Positions 1 to 8,965 of a stretch of 39,784 bases of DNA are shown one piece after another. Within the stretch, counting starts at the first letter, position 1. The number at the start of each line of letters is the position of its first letter. Origin of the DNA: a candidate division WOR-3 bacterium (GTDB taxonomy: Bacteria; Hydrothermota; Hydrothermia; JBDRYB01). A program made the position numbers and the translations under genes. The stretch covers positions 1-39,784 of the forward strand of contig JBMFOM010000006.1 in the NCBI GenBank assembly GCA_049969615.1. Direction: 5' to 3'. The notes beneath the pieces were generated by a model, which saw only the letters and a program-made list of their open reading frames with translations, was not told the origin of the DNA and searched no databases.

Positions 1-84
1 AGCATTTTCCTTGGGGTTATCTCTTAGCTATGATGAGGTTCCCGGATGGGGACCGAGGGCAAGCCGGGATTTTTCAGTGGTTTC
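1..84 (-). repeat. Repeat module A (MITE-like), copy 1, cut by window start
   Basis: Reverse complement reads GAAACCACTGAAAAATCCCGGCTTGCCCTCGGTCCCCATCCGGGAACCTCATCATAGCTA..., which aligns with 23814-23897 and 32845-32895. Confidence 0.85.
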
Positions 85-112
85 AAATTGTTCCCGCGAG
101 GGCTCGGAAAAA

Positions 113-1549
113 TCAGAACGCCTTCAGCAGCTTGAATGTTCTCCTTCCGGCCACGAGGAGATAAACACCGGGCGCCTCCCGGCTGAGGTCAAACAATGCC
201 CTATCTGAGAAGACACCGCTAGCGAGGCACCGGCCAACAGGGTCATAGATTCCAGCGTCAAAGCGCCTACCAGACCAGGAAATCTGCGCTATGGCTCTCA
301 TGTCCCAGTGGAGCACGGGGCCGGTTTCTCCGACAAAGGATTCCCTGACCTCATCGCAGAAATAGGCAGAGCCAGCATAAACATCATAAACGAGGGTTCC
401 GGTTCGCCTGTTGTCGCTCCAGGCGACCAGCGGCCAGCCATCCAGGGCCGTGACCGTTGGCGCGACCCTGCTGTCGCCTCCGCCATAGTCAACGCGCATG
501 TCCGAACCAAAATTGAGGCCGCCATTGCAGTCAAAGTCATAGTAGATGTTGTATGTTCCCTCCCGTTCATCGTGCCAGACAACATGAGTCACCCAATCGT
601 TGGCCCATACCGAAGGCTTTGTCGCACCGCCTATGGGCTGGTTGGTCAGGTCATCAACCTTCACATTCGTTGTCCAGGTGGTGCCGTTGTCCGTGCTCCG
701 GGTTATATAGACATGCCATGGGCTCAGACTCCTGCCGTCAACCCACACCACATATATTCCATCGCTAGTCCCCCAACCATCCCTAACATCAAGGGAAGGT
801 TGGACCTGCCATTCGTCGGTCGCGTCATCGTTGAGGCGTTGGTTCGCCTGCCAGGTGGCACCAAAGTCAGAGCTCCTGGCGAAATATATGTCCCAGGCAG
901 AGGTCCCGGAATTCCTAAAATCAGACCAGGCCACGAAAACCCAGTTCTCGTGAACCCCAATTGAGGGCTCCCTCTGTAGTCCGGTCGCTACATCATTGAC
1001 CCGTACGGGGTCAGACCAGCTCGCACCCCCGTTAGTGCTCGCCGAATAGAGGATGTCAAAGTCCCCGAACCTATCGTCCTGCCAGGCAAGGAAAACCGTG
1101 TCGTTTCTGGCCCAAACCGAGGGCATGTTGTGGTTTGAGACCACATCATCAACAGGATGAACGACCCAGCTCGCGCCCTGGTCAGTGCTCCTTGCAATCT
1201 TAACGGAAGCGTGCCCCGTACTCCAGTCCCTATAAGCTATGTAAATGGTGCCGTTCCCCTGGACATATATGGAGGGATACTGCTGGTCAGAGGTATCCGA
1301 GGGACCCGCGTCGCCAACCCTGGTAGGGGTTGCCCAGGTGGTGCCACCGTCGGTGCTCAGGGAGAACATGATGTCAGAATCATCGCCGGATATGTCCTCC
1401 ATCCAGGCCAGATAGTATTTGCCGCCATAAGCAAAGGAGGTGCGGCCACCAGAGCCAAAGGTTGGGCCAGTGCCGAATGTGCCGTAGTAGCCAGGGCCAT
1501 CGTTGACCCGTATGTTCGGGAACTGTGATAGGATAATGAGCAAAAACAT
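113..1549 (-). CDS. Secreted BNR/Asp-box (sialidase-fold) beta-propeller protein with T9SS-like C-terminal domain
   Basis: Five SxDxGxTW-type Asp boxes (STDGGTTW, STDQGASW, STNGGASW, SSDFGATW, STDNGTTW); C-terminus IYDPVGR...PGVYLL...KLLK; GAGGAG SD upstream. Confidence 0.85.
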   Translation of the reverse strand: MFLLIILSQFPNIRVNDGPGYYGTFGTGPTFGSGGRTSFAYGGKYYLAWMEDISGDDSDIMFSLSTDGGTTWATPTRVGDAGPSDTSDQQYPSIYVQGNGTIYIAYRDWSTGHASVKIARSTDQGASWVVHPVDDVVSNHNMPSVWARNDTVFLAWQDDRFGDFDILYSASTNGGASWSDPVRVNDVATGLQREPSIGVHENWVFVAWSDFRNSGTSAWDIYFARSSDFGATWQANQRLNDDATDEWQVQPSLDVRDGWGTSDGIYVVWVDGRSLSPWHVYITRSTDNGTTWTTNVKVDDLTNQPIGGATKPSVWANDWVTHVVWHDEREGTYNIYYDFDCNGGLNFGSDMRVDYGGGDSRVAPTVTALDGWPLVAWSDNRRTGTLVYDVYAGSAYFCDEVRESFVGETGPVLHWDMRAIAQISWSGRRFDAGIYDPVGRCLASGVFSDRALFDLSREAPGVYLLVAGRRTFKLLKAF

Positions 1550-1598
1550 ATAAACCCTCTCCTCTAAATTTTAATCCCGGCCTGGGCGCGCTTGCAAT

Positions 1599-1628
1599 TT
1601 GATCCGGGTCTGCCCTCACGCTTATAAT
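1599..1628 (+). promoter_or_regulatory. Sigma70-like promoter for trmB operon, probably leaderless
   Basis: TTGATC-N18-TATAAT ending 5 nt before the GTG start at 1634; no SD. Confidence 0.6.
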
Positions 1629-1633
1629 TTGGC

Positions 1634-2500
1634 GTGGTTAAGGATAAAGAGAAGCTTATAAAAGATCTGGAAGACATGGGCTTAAACGAGTATGAGTCCA
1701 AGGTCTATCTCGCGTTGATTGAGGGTGGAGTGATGACCGCGCCTGGCGCCGCCAAGCTGGCCAGGATTCCGATACAAAGGGTCTATGACATCCTTGAGAG
1801 ACTGGTTGAAAAGGGTCTTGTCTACATAGTCCCCGGTAAAACCAAGAGGTTCGGTCCAGCAGCACCCCAGACCGGTATGGAAAGCTTCCTGCAAAAGGAA
1901 AAGACCCGGATGGAGAACCTACTCAAGGAAAGGGAAAAGGTGGCGGAGGCGCTCGCTCGCGAGCTTTCATATCTCTATAACCCAACCACGCAGGATGACG
2001 ACTTTCTTGATTACATAAAGATAGCGAAGGACCCCTCCTATGTTGGCATAATATTTACTGATGCTCAGAACAAAGCCAAGGAAAGAGTTTGGGCGTTCAT
2101 AAGGCCTCCATACTCAGTGCCGCCTGACGAGAATGTTGAGACCCAGCTCGCCGCGTCAAAGAGGGGCGTTCAATACAGGGGAATCTACGAAATATCCGCA
2201 GTTGACGAGACCTTCACCTTCTTCATAAAGCTGGGCATGGCCACAGGGGAAGAGGTTAGGTTCACCGACCGGGTCCCGCTTAAGGCCGCGATATTTGACA
2301 ACAGGCTGGTTTTCTTCGCCCTGCAGGACCCCATGCGCTCTTCATATACATACTTTTTCATAGACCACGAGGACATCGCCATAGCCTTGTCAGACACTTT
2401 CAATTATGTCTGGGAGCGCTCCAGGACTCCAGAGGAGGTGCTGGGCTCAGGGGTCTGGGATGATGTCAGGAAATTGAGGGATGGGCTTGAATCAAAATGA
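1634..2500 (+). CDS. TrmB-family transcriptional regulator
   Basis: N-terminal LEDMGLNEYESKVYLAL...IPIQRVYDILERLVEKGLV winged HTH, coiled coil, C-terminal effector domain (PLKAAIFD...FNYVWERS). Confidence 0.9.
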   Translation: MVKDKEKLIKDLEDMGLNEYESKVYLALIEGGVMTAPGAAKLARIPIQRVYDILERLVEKGLVYIVPGKTKRFGPAAPQTGMESFLQKEKTRMENLLKEREKVAEALARELSYLYNPTTQDDDFLDYIKIAKDPSYVGIIFTDAQNKAKERVWAFIRPPYSVPPDENVETQLAASKRGVQYRGIYEISAVDETFTFFIKLGMATGEEVRFTDRVPLKAAIFDNRLVFFALQDPMRSSYTYFFIDHEDIAIALSDTFNYVWERSRTPEEVLGSGVWDDVRKLRDGLESK

Positions 2501-3852
2501 ACAGCAAAAGGCGGTTTTATGGGGAGCATCTAACCCCAGCGCAGATTTGCGAGGAATACATCCTACCACACATAGTGGACTTGCTCTGGGATCGCCTCTG
2601 GGTGGATCTTTTTTGTGGAGAGGGTAGCCTGATATATCCCCTGGTTAGGGTCGTGGAACCATCAAGGAGGGATGAGTTCTTTGCTGAACATGTCCTCATG
2701 TTTGACATTCAACCAGATCAGGTGGAGAAGACCATTAGTAAAGCTGTTGAAATAGGGATACCCAGGGATGTGGCCGAGAAAAGGGTAATGACCAGAGATA
2801 CATTAGCTGATTACCCTGCGGAAATGTTTGGGCGACTACCTACAGTCCATATAACCAATCCCCCCTATCTTTATCTGGGATACATCGCCAAAAGGGCCAA
2901 GGAGCACCTTAAGTATTTCAAGGGCAACAACGATGGCTACCAGGACCTCTATCAGATAGCCCTTGCCAACGATATGCGGGCCGGATTGGAGGAGTTCATT
3001 TACATAATTCCCACCAACTTCCTTTATGGGGACGCGGTGGCCAACAGAATAAGAGAAGACCTCCTGTTCTTTTACTGGATAGAGAAAGCTTTCCTGTTTG
3101 AGACTCGGATATTCTGCCATACCGGAACCAATGTGGGCATCTTCTTTTTCAGGAAGAAAAGGAATCCCTCCAAAGAGATTCAGGAATTTACGGCACTCAA
3201 AATAGGCCCCCACGGCAATCAGGAAAGGCTGTACAGACTGAACCCCCGGTTCAAATACCGCGCTGGAGCAAGATTCGACGAATTCGTGGAGAGAAACAGG
3301 AATCCGCGCGCGCCAAAGGTGAAATTCTACCTGATGATGGATGAAGTCATCAAGCACCCGGGGCCATACAAGATCAGGCTCGTTGATGCCAATACATTTG
3401 AGGCGGGCGAATACAGGATACTTGAATTTCCGGTTGACGAATGGCTTTTCCATAGAGTCAAAGCAAATGTTCTTTTCGTGCGCACCGTGGACACAGGAGG
3501 CCAAGAGAGGGTTGGTCTTTACGAGATAAAAAAGGCTTTTAGCGCGGACGGAATTGTGGTTACACGTTTTACTTTCAGGACCCACCCAATTCAGCTTTTC
3601 TTTGAGCCGGAGATCTCTGAGAGGGAACAGCTTGAATTAGCGGAATATTTCAACTCAGTGCTTGAGGACCTAAGAGCCGAGACCGACAGCGAGTTTATGA
3701 CCACCTTCAAGTATTCAAACGCCTCATATACTAGGAAATACCTGGGCCTGAAGCAGGTGAAGGCCCTTATTTCTACCTACAGACCAAAAGGAGGCAAGCA
3801 TGCCCCTGAAAAAAAACCTCCATTACTGGCGGATCTCTTTAAGGAATCCTGA
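2497..3852 (+). CDS. Amino-DNA methyltransferase, probably N6-adenine, gamma-class motif order
   Basis: YGEHLTP (X), DLFCGEG (I), ITNPPY (IV), DLYQIAL, IIPTNFL, followed by a C-terminal target-recognition region; ATGA overlap with trmB. Confidence 0.88.
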   Translation: MNSKRRFYGEHLTPAQICEEYILPHIVDLLWDRLWVDLFCGEGSLIYPLVRVVEPSRRDEFFAEHVLMFDIQPDQVEKTISKAVEIGIPRDVAEKRVMTRDTLADYPAEMFGRLPTVHITNPPYLYLGYIAKRAKEHLKYFKGNNDGYQDLYQIALANDMRAGLEEFIYIIPTNFLYGDAVANRIREDLLFFYWIEKAFLFETRIFCHTGTNVGIFFFRKKRNPSKEIQEFTALKIGPHGNQERLYRLNPRFKYRAGARFDEFVERNRNPRAPKVKFYLMMDEVIKHPGPYKIRLVDANTFEAGEYRILEFPVDEWLFHRVKANVLFVRTVDTGGQERVGLYEIKKAFSADGIVVTRFTFRTHPIQLFFEPEISEREQLELAEYFNSVLEDLRAETDSEFMTTFKYSNASYTRKYLGLKQVKALISTYRPKGGKHAPEKKPPLLADLFKES

Positions 3853-4696
3853 ACCCCTTTTGGATCCTCATTATTTTCACGACCCCGAAAAGCTGGTTTT
3901 TGACGACAAGGAGACGATGGAGAGGATTCACAGGATAAGGGACCTGATAGTTACTTACTCGGTTCATCGTTCCCGTAGACTCCCTGTGCCAAAGTGGTTA
4001 TTACCGGAGCTGCGGGAACTGGTTTTCGGCAAAGGGGGCAATTTGTCCGAATTCTCCGCTTTCTTCAAGGTTCTGGATTTTTCCATGACTGCGGCAAAAG
4101 ACTTGCACGATGATGATCTTTTGGGGTTCATAGACCAGGCTCTGAACCACTACCTGGACTTTAGAGACAACGCCTACAAGGAAAGAAGACTGGAGTATTC
4201 CGATATAACCGCTCAGGCTCTGAGAGATTCTGGTGCCACTAGGGCCACGGGTGGGCTAGCCAACACCAAGATCATTACTTTGCTTAGGAAGGCCGGCATT
4301 AAAGAGATAATAAATGAGCCAACCGTAGAGGATGTAAGGGGTCGTACCGGTGCAAAATACCAATTTGCTGAAAGACATCAAGGTAAGAATCCTGATGTTC
4401 TTTTTAGACACGGCGCGGATTGGTTCGTAGTGGAAGCCAAGCACTTGAAAGAATCAGGAGGCGCACAAGATAAGTCGGCCGGCGAGCTTGTGGACATGAT
4501 AGATCAAGAGGACAAAGGCGTCTACTATGTCTCATTCATGGATGGCATATTTTTTAATCACCTCATACATCCGGGTTCAGGCACAAAATACGAGAGGATC
4601 CGGAATGATGTAGAAAGAATACTTTTAGCACGGCCGAGAAGCTTCTTCGTCAATACACGAGGCTTCCGGAAATTAATCTCAGATATGGTAAGATGA
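3800..4696 (+). CDS. Putative type II restriction endonuclease (PD-(D/E)xK fold)
   Basis: KNPDVLF...VVEAKH catalytic motif followed by SGGAQDK; adjacent to MTase; AGGAGG SD before the ATG. Confidence 0.7.
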   Translation: MPLKKNLHYWRISLRNPEPLLDPHYFHDPEKLVFDDKETMERIHRIRDLIVTYSVHRSRRLPVPKWLLPELRELVFGKGGNLSEFSAFFKVLDFSMTAAKDLHDDDLLGFIDQALNHYLDFRDNAYKERRLEYSDITAQALRDSGATRATGGLANTKIITLLRKAGIKEIINEPTVEDVRGRTGAKYQFAERHQGKNPDVLFRHGADWFVVEAKHLKESGGAQDKSAGELVDMIDQEDKGVYYVSFMDGIFFNHLIHPGSGTKYERIRNDVERILLARPRSFFVNTRGFRKLISDMVR

Positions 4697-5310
4697 ATCC
4701 CCCACTCCCAGCGGTTGATATACTCGTTCCCCACAAGGAATTTCCGGCCAGATTGACCAGGGAGGGATGGGCTGAGTGGGACTGGGAACCGGGCCAAGAA
4801 CTTCCCGCGGGCGCGGGCGTGATCCTGGTGCCGAACATGGTCCTCATATCAAGGGAACAGAAAATTGTCGTTGATCCTGGTCCCTTCTATGTGGGAAGAC
4901 TACCGGCAATCGCCCTAAGCTGGCGAGGGCTTTCCACGAGGGATATTGATTTGGTCATAGATACGCACTTGCACACGGATCACGCGGGAGGAAACGCCAT
5001 TTTTAAGGGAAAGAAACTGATATTCCACGAGGCAGAGTATTCGTGCCATCCTCGGACATGGATTGATTACATATCTGACGGCATGGCTGTGAGCCCAATG
5101 AAGGGGGAAGATATGGCCCTCTCGGATGGGGTGAGGCTACTGCATACTCCAGGCCACACCCCTGGGTCAATCTCTGTTCTAGTTGAGACCGAAGAAGGCA
5201 GGGTCCTGATAACAGGGGATGCTGGGGAGAGGGAAACCGAAGCGCTGATTTCGGAGTACTTGCCGCGCCTTTTGATACCGGGCCACGGGGATCCGGTTCC
5301 AATAAAATAA
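4693..5310 (+). CDS. Metallo-beta-lactamase-fold hydrolase
   Basis: THLHTDHAG, HTPGHTPGS, ITGD and PGHG motifs; ATGA overlap with upstream gene. Confidence 0.9.
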   Translation: MNPPLPAVDILVPHKEFPARLTREGWAEWDWEPGQELPAGAGVILVPNMVLISREQKIVVDPGPFYVGRLPAIALSWRGLSTRDIDLVIDTHLHTDHAGGNAIFKGKKLIFHEAEYSCHPRTWIDYISDGMAVSPMKGEDMALSDGVRLLHTPGHTPGSISVLVETEEGRVLITGDAGERETEALISEYLPRLLIPGHGDPVPIK

Positions 5311-5354
5311 ATCCTGTCCAGGAGAGGCTTTTAGCCTGCCGGCCCCGCCGCGCC

Positions 5355-5732
5355 TTATTCCACCCGTTTCCCCCTCCACTCACCCATGTTCCAGTCCACG
5401 CGCTCGTTTGCCTGGCCCCACTGGCCCTCTATCCTGTAACCATTATCCTTGAGGACAAAGTAGCCTAAGCCTTCGGCCTTTTTTCCGCCGCTGACCTCGG
5501 TCCAGCTAAAGTAGAGAGTATCGTTCATTATCTGGCCGGTGAGCATTCCCTTGACTCCCTTGTATTCATAGGTGCCGTCAACAGTCTTGCCCTTCTGGAC
5601 GAGCTCAACCGTGCCCCAGTTTGTATTCCATGTCCCAGCAAAGGTGTTGTTCGCCTTTTTCGCTTTTTCACCGAACATCTGACAGGCCACCAGAGCCACG
5701 CCCAAGATAACGACAGGAAGCATCTTTTTCAT
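5355..5732 (-). CDS. Small beta-rich lipoprotein of unknown function (start revised to MKKML at 5732)
   Basis: MKKMLPVVILGVALVAC lipobox; FAGTWNTNWG...GTY...GQW beta-strand pattern. Confidence 0.75.
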   Translation of the reverse strand: MKKMLPVVILGVALVACQMFGEKAKKANNTFAGTWNTNWGTVELVQKGKTVDGTYEYKGVKGMLTGQIMNDTLYFSWTEVSGGKKAEGLGYFVLKDNGYRIEGQWGQANERVDWNMGEWRGKRVE

Positions 5733-5919
5733 GGTCAGAAAAATATAAGGGGAGGAGAGGGCCTGATGCAAGACCCTGCTCAGCTGAGCTCTCACATATT
5801 CCCACCTCCCAGAGGTAAGGTCTAATTTAGGATAACCTGTAAGTTCTTGGGGCACAAGAGCTTAGCGTGTTCCCCTTGCAGTCGGTCAAGGCAGATTAGG
5901 GCCTCGGTGAATATGCTAT

Positions 5920-5976
5920 GAAACCCCCGAAAATCCCGGTTTGTCCTCCATCACTAGTAGCGGATTTTTCATTGGG
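5920..5976 (+). repeat. Repeat module A, copy 2 (internally deleted, both inverted ends present)
   Basis: GAAACCCCCGAAAATCCCGGTTTGTCCT...CGGATTTTTCA. Confidence 0.7.
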
Positions 5977-6098
5977 CCTTTCTTATAGCCCTTTTCTCTT
6001 GGACAAAATGCTCCTCCCCCAAACCAGTAAGTTATTGCTGCTTTATCAAAGGTCTCCTGAGATTGAAATGCCTGCACAGGAGCGAAATCATGCGGGGA

Positions 6099-7511
6099 TC
6101 ACCTAAAAACCAGCGGTAAAACCCACACCGCCAGGATGGTTATCAGGACAACGGCGATGAAGTTGACGACGAATCCGACCCTGGCCATCTCGCCTATGGT
6201 GAACTTCCCGGTTCCATAAACTATAGCGTTCGGCGGGGTGCCGACCGGGAGCATGAATGCGCAGGATGAGGCGAGGGTCGCTGGCACGGTGAGCGCGTAG
6301 GGGGAAAGGCCAGCACCATGCGAGACCCCAGCGAGCAATGGGATAACAAGCGCGGCGGTCGCTGTATTTGATGTAAGCTCGGTCAAAAGCGATATCGCGC
6401 CTGCGACGATGAAGACCATGAGCCAGGCCGGAAGCCCTCGGATGCTAACGACCCCATCGGCTATCCACTTTGAGAGTCCGGAGCTCCCAAAACCGCTCGC
6501 GAGGGACAAGCCGCCACCGAAGAGTATGAGTATTCCCCATGGCAGGTCAGAACCCTCTTTCCAGGAGAGGAGGGGGGCCATCTTTTTCCAGGAACCGGGA
6601 ACAACCAGTAGGGCAAGTGCTCCGAGGATGGCAATGGTCGCGTCCCCCAGGTAGCCCTTGAGACCAACCAGGACCTCCCAACCAGGCAGGCCGAAAATCC
6701 CCTCCCTGGTGAGCCAAGCAATAGCAACAAGGCCGAACACAACGAGGACATATATCTGGGAGGGAGATAGGTGGCCATGCTTATCAACGGGAATCACCAG
6801 CTCGTCTGACTTGACCTTGAAAACCTTGAAGTAAAAGGAAAGGTATAGCCAAGCGAGAAAAAGGAAGACAAAGGAAAAAGGCAGGGCAAATGTCATCCAC
6901 CTGGCAAAGCCTATCACCACACCCGGAAACAGCCTGGGGAGTTGGCCAGCGAGAACGAGGTTCGGGGGCGTGCCGACCAGGGTCGCTGTCCCGCCTATGG
7001 AAGCGGAGTAAGCCAGGCTAAGAAGGAGCGCGGCGCCAAAACGCTTGTTGTGTATACGCGAGACCGCGGCTAGAGCGACCGGGAGCACCATCATCACGGT
7101 CGCGGTATTGGACATCCACATAGAAAGGAAAGCGGTCGCGAGCATGAAACCCGCGACGAGGAGCCAGGGCCTCCCTTTTCCCATGGCCAGGAAGGGCAAG
7201 GCAATGCGCTCGTGCAGGCCGTATACCTCAAGGCCCTTTGCTATCATGAAACCTCCCAGGAAGAGGAACACCACTGGGTCAGCATATGGCAAGGCCGCGT
7301 CCGTTATCTTCAGGACGCCCATCAGGGGTAGGAGAGCCAAGGGCAAAAGGGATGTTGCGGGTATAGGCACGGCATCGGTCATCCACCAGACTGCCATCCA
7401 GCAAGCGAGCGCGAGAACCTTCCGCCCCTCTTGGGGAAGACCGGGTAGGGGCAACAAAAGGACAATTGCGAAAACCATGGGCCCGGCTATGAAACCTATT
7501 TTCTTGGCCAC
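6099..7511 (-). CDS. SLC13/DASS family sodium-coupled di/tricarboxylate or sulfate symporter (start probably GTG at 7511)
   Basis: Two SNT motifs (MWMSNTAT, ELTSNTAT), GTPPN twice, AFMLPV; many TM helices; TATAAT 6 nt before the GTG at 7511. Confidence 0.92.
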   Translation of the reverse strand: MAKKIGFIAGPMVFAIVLLLPLPGLPQEGRKVLALACWMAVWWMTDAVPIPATSLLPLALLPLMGVLKITDAALPYADPVVFLFLGGFMIAKGLEVYGLHERIALPFLAMGKGRPWLLVAGFMLATAFLSMWMSNTATVMMVLPVALAAVSRIHNKRFGAALLLSLAYSASIGGTATLVGTPPNLVLAGQLPRLFPGVVIGFARWMTFALPFSFVFLFLAWLYLSFYFKVFKVKSDELVIPVDKHGHLSPSQIYVLVVFGLVAIAWLTREGIFGLPGWEVLVGLKGYLGDATIAILGALALLVVPGSWKKMAPLLSWKEGSDLPWGILILFGGGLSLASGFGSSGLSKWIADGVVSIRGLPAWLMVFIVAGAISLLTELTSNTATAALVIPLLAGVSHGAGLSPYALTVPATLASSCAFMLPVGTPPNAIVYGTGKFTIGEMARVGFVVNFIAVVLITILAVWVLPLVFR

Positions 7512-7682
7512 GGGGAAATTATATTGATAAGACCTGCCCACTTGCTATTCGTGCAAGCTCTTGACTGGTTCAAGGAATTGTTCGGTCTTCTGGCGAGAGA
7601 GATAGCTTGCGTCCCGCGAAAATGCTAAGGGATCAAAAGCCCCTAGCCCTTGCGCCAGTGGCTAAGCTATCTTGTGGTTAAT

Positions 7683-8873
7683 CTATGGCCTCTCAACCAC
7701 CATCGCGACAGCGCCGCCTGTTCCCAAGCAAAGCGAGGCAAGGCCTATCTTCTTGTTATAGCGCTTGAGAGCATAAAGGAGGGTCGTGAGGATACGCGCG
7801 CCCGAGGCTCCAATTGGGTGGCCAAGGGCTATCGCGCCGCCGTGCACATTGTAGCGTTCCCAATCCCACTGCAGTTCCTTGTGATCCGCTAGGACCTGGG
7901 CCGCGAAGGCCTCGTTGACCTCAAGAAGATCAAAGTAGTCTGGCCCATTCGCGCCGACCTTTTCCATGACCTTTCGGACTGCGCCTATTGGCGCGTAGAA
8001 GAGCTCTTTTGGTTCAACAAAGTGCGACGCGTAGGCCCTTATATAGGCCATGATGGGAAGGCCGAGCTCCCTTGCCTTGTCCTCTGTTGTAACCATTACC
8101 GCGGCCGCACCGTCATTGAGGCCCGGCGCGTTCCCTGGGGTTATTGTCCCGTCCTTCTTGAAGGCGGGCTTGAGCTTTGCAAGGGATTCAATGGTCGTGT
8201 CCGCCCTGGGGCCTTCGTCCTTCTCAACTACAATGGGGTCTCCCTTTCTTTGGGGTATCACGACCTTGACCACCTCGTCAGCGAAATAGCCCTTGTTCCA
8301 GGCCTCGGTGGCCTTGCGGTGGCTCTCCGCGGCGAGCCAGTCCTGCTGTTCTCTGGTTATGCCGCTTTTTTCAGCAGTATATTCGCCAAGCTCACCCATG
8401 TGAACGCCGCCCACAGGACATGTAAGTCCATCAAAGATCATCAGGTCTTTCAGGGGCAGATCACCATATTTTGTGCCCCAGCGCAGGTTCGCGGCGTGGG
8501 GGCATTGACTCATGGATTCCATCCCGCCAGCGACAACGAAATCCGCGTCCCCAAGCTTCACTGCCTGTGCGGCCAGCATCACTGCTTTAAGGCCAGAGCC
8601 GCAGACTTTGTTTATGGTGAAAGCGTTCACGGAAGGGGGAAGACCGGCCAGGAGCGCGGCTTGCCTGCCAGGGGACTGGCCCATGCCGGCCTGGACGACT
8701 TGGCCCATTATCACCTCATCTATGAGCTTGGGGTCAACTCTTGACCTGGCAACGCACTCCTTTATGGCAATCGCGCCCAGGTCCTGGGGCCTCAGTTCGC
8801 TCAATGCGCCCATCAACTTGCCGATAGGCGTCCTAACAGCAGAAACGATGACGGCTTCTTTAGTGTAAGACAT
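7683..8873 (-). CDS. Acetyl-CoA C-acetyltransferase (thiolase)
   Basis: INKVCGSG, EVNEAFA, GHPIGASG and LCLGTG catalytic motifs; GGAGG SD. Confidence 0.95.
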   Translation of the reverse strand: MSYTKEAVIVSAVRTPIGKLMGALSELRPQDLGAIAIKECVARSRVDPKLIDEVIMGQVVQAGMGQSPGRQAALLAGLPPSVNAFTINKVCGSGLKAVMLAAQAVKLGDADFVVAGGMESMSQCPHAANLRWGTKYGDLPLKDLMIFDGLTCPVGGVHMGELGEYTAEKSGITREQQDWLAAESHRKATEAWNKGYFADEVVKVVIPQRKGDPIVVEKDEGPRADTTIESLAKLKPAFKKDGTITPGNAPGLNDGAAAVMVTTEDKARELGLPIMAYIRAYASHFVEPKELFYAPIGAVRKVMEKVGANGPDYFDLLEVNEAFAAQVLADHKELQWDWERYNVHGGAIALGHPIGASGARILTTLLYALKRYNKKIGLASLCLGTGGAVAMVVERP

Positions 8874-8965
8874 AAAAAACCTCCGGTTAAGGGGAAATTA
8901 TAAGGCAAGAGTGCGGGCCAAAGCTCAAAACACCTCGGAACGCGACCGGGCTTAATCAGCTTTTC

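Noticed and set aside
308-964. 218 aa plus-strand ORF, and similar long shadow ORFs (2836-3585, 8022-8744, 18149-18796, 23103-23690, 29194-29793, 37112-37678)
   Set aside because: Antisense to well-supported genes, with no recognisable motifs; expected from codon bias
4693-5310. Beta-lactamase (antibiotic resistance) call
   Set aside because: Only generic MBL-fold motifs and no signal peptide; substrate cannot be inferred
5733-6106. Extension of the lipoprotein ORF to 5855 and the 62 aa ORF at 5918-6106
   Set aside because: The lipoprotein signal begins at 5732; the small ORF is largely a translation of repeat module A and flanking non-coding DNA
7600-7672. 9 bp inverted repeat AGATAGCTT...AAGCTATCT between the thiolase and DASS genes
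   Set aside because: Long loop, no U-tract and a single occurrence; cannot be supported as a terminator or element
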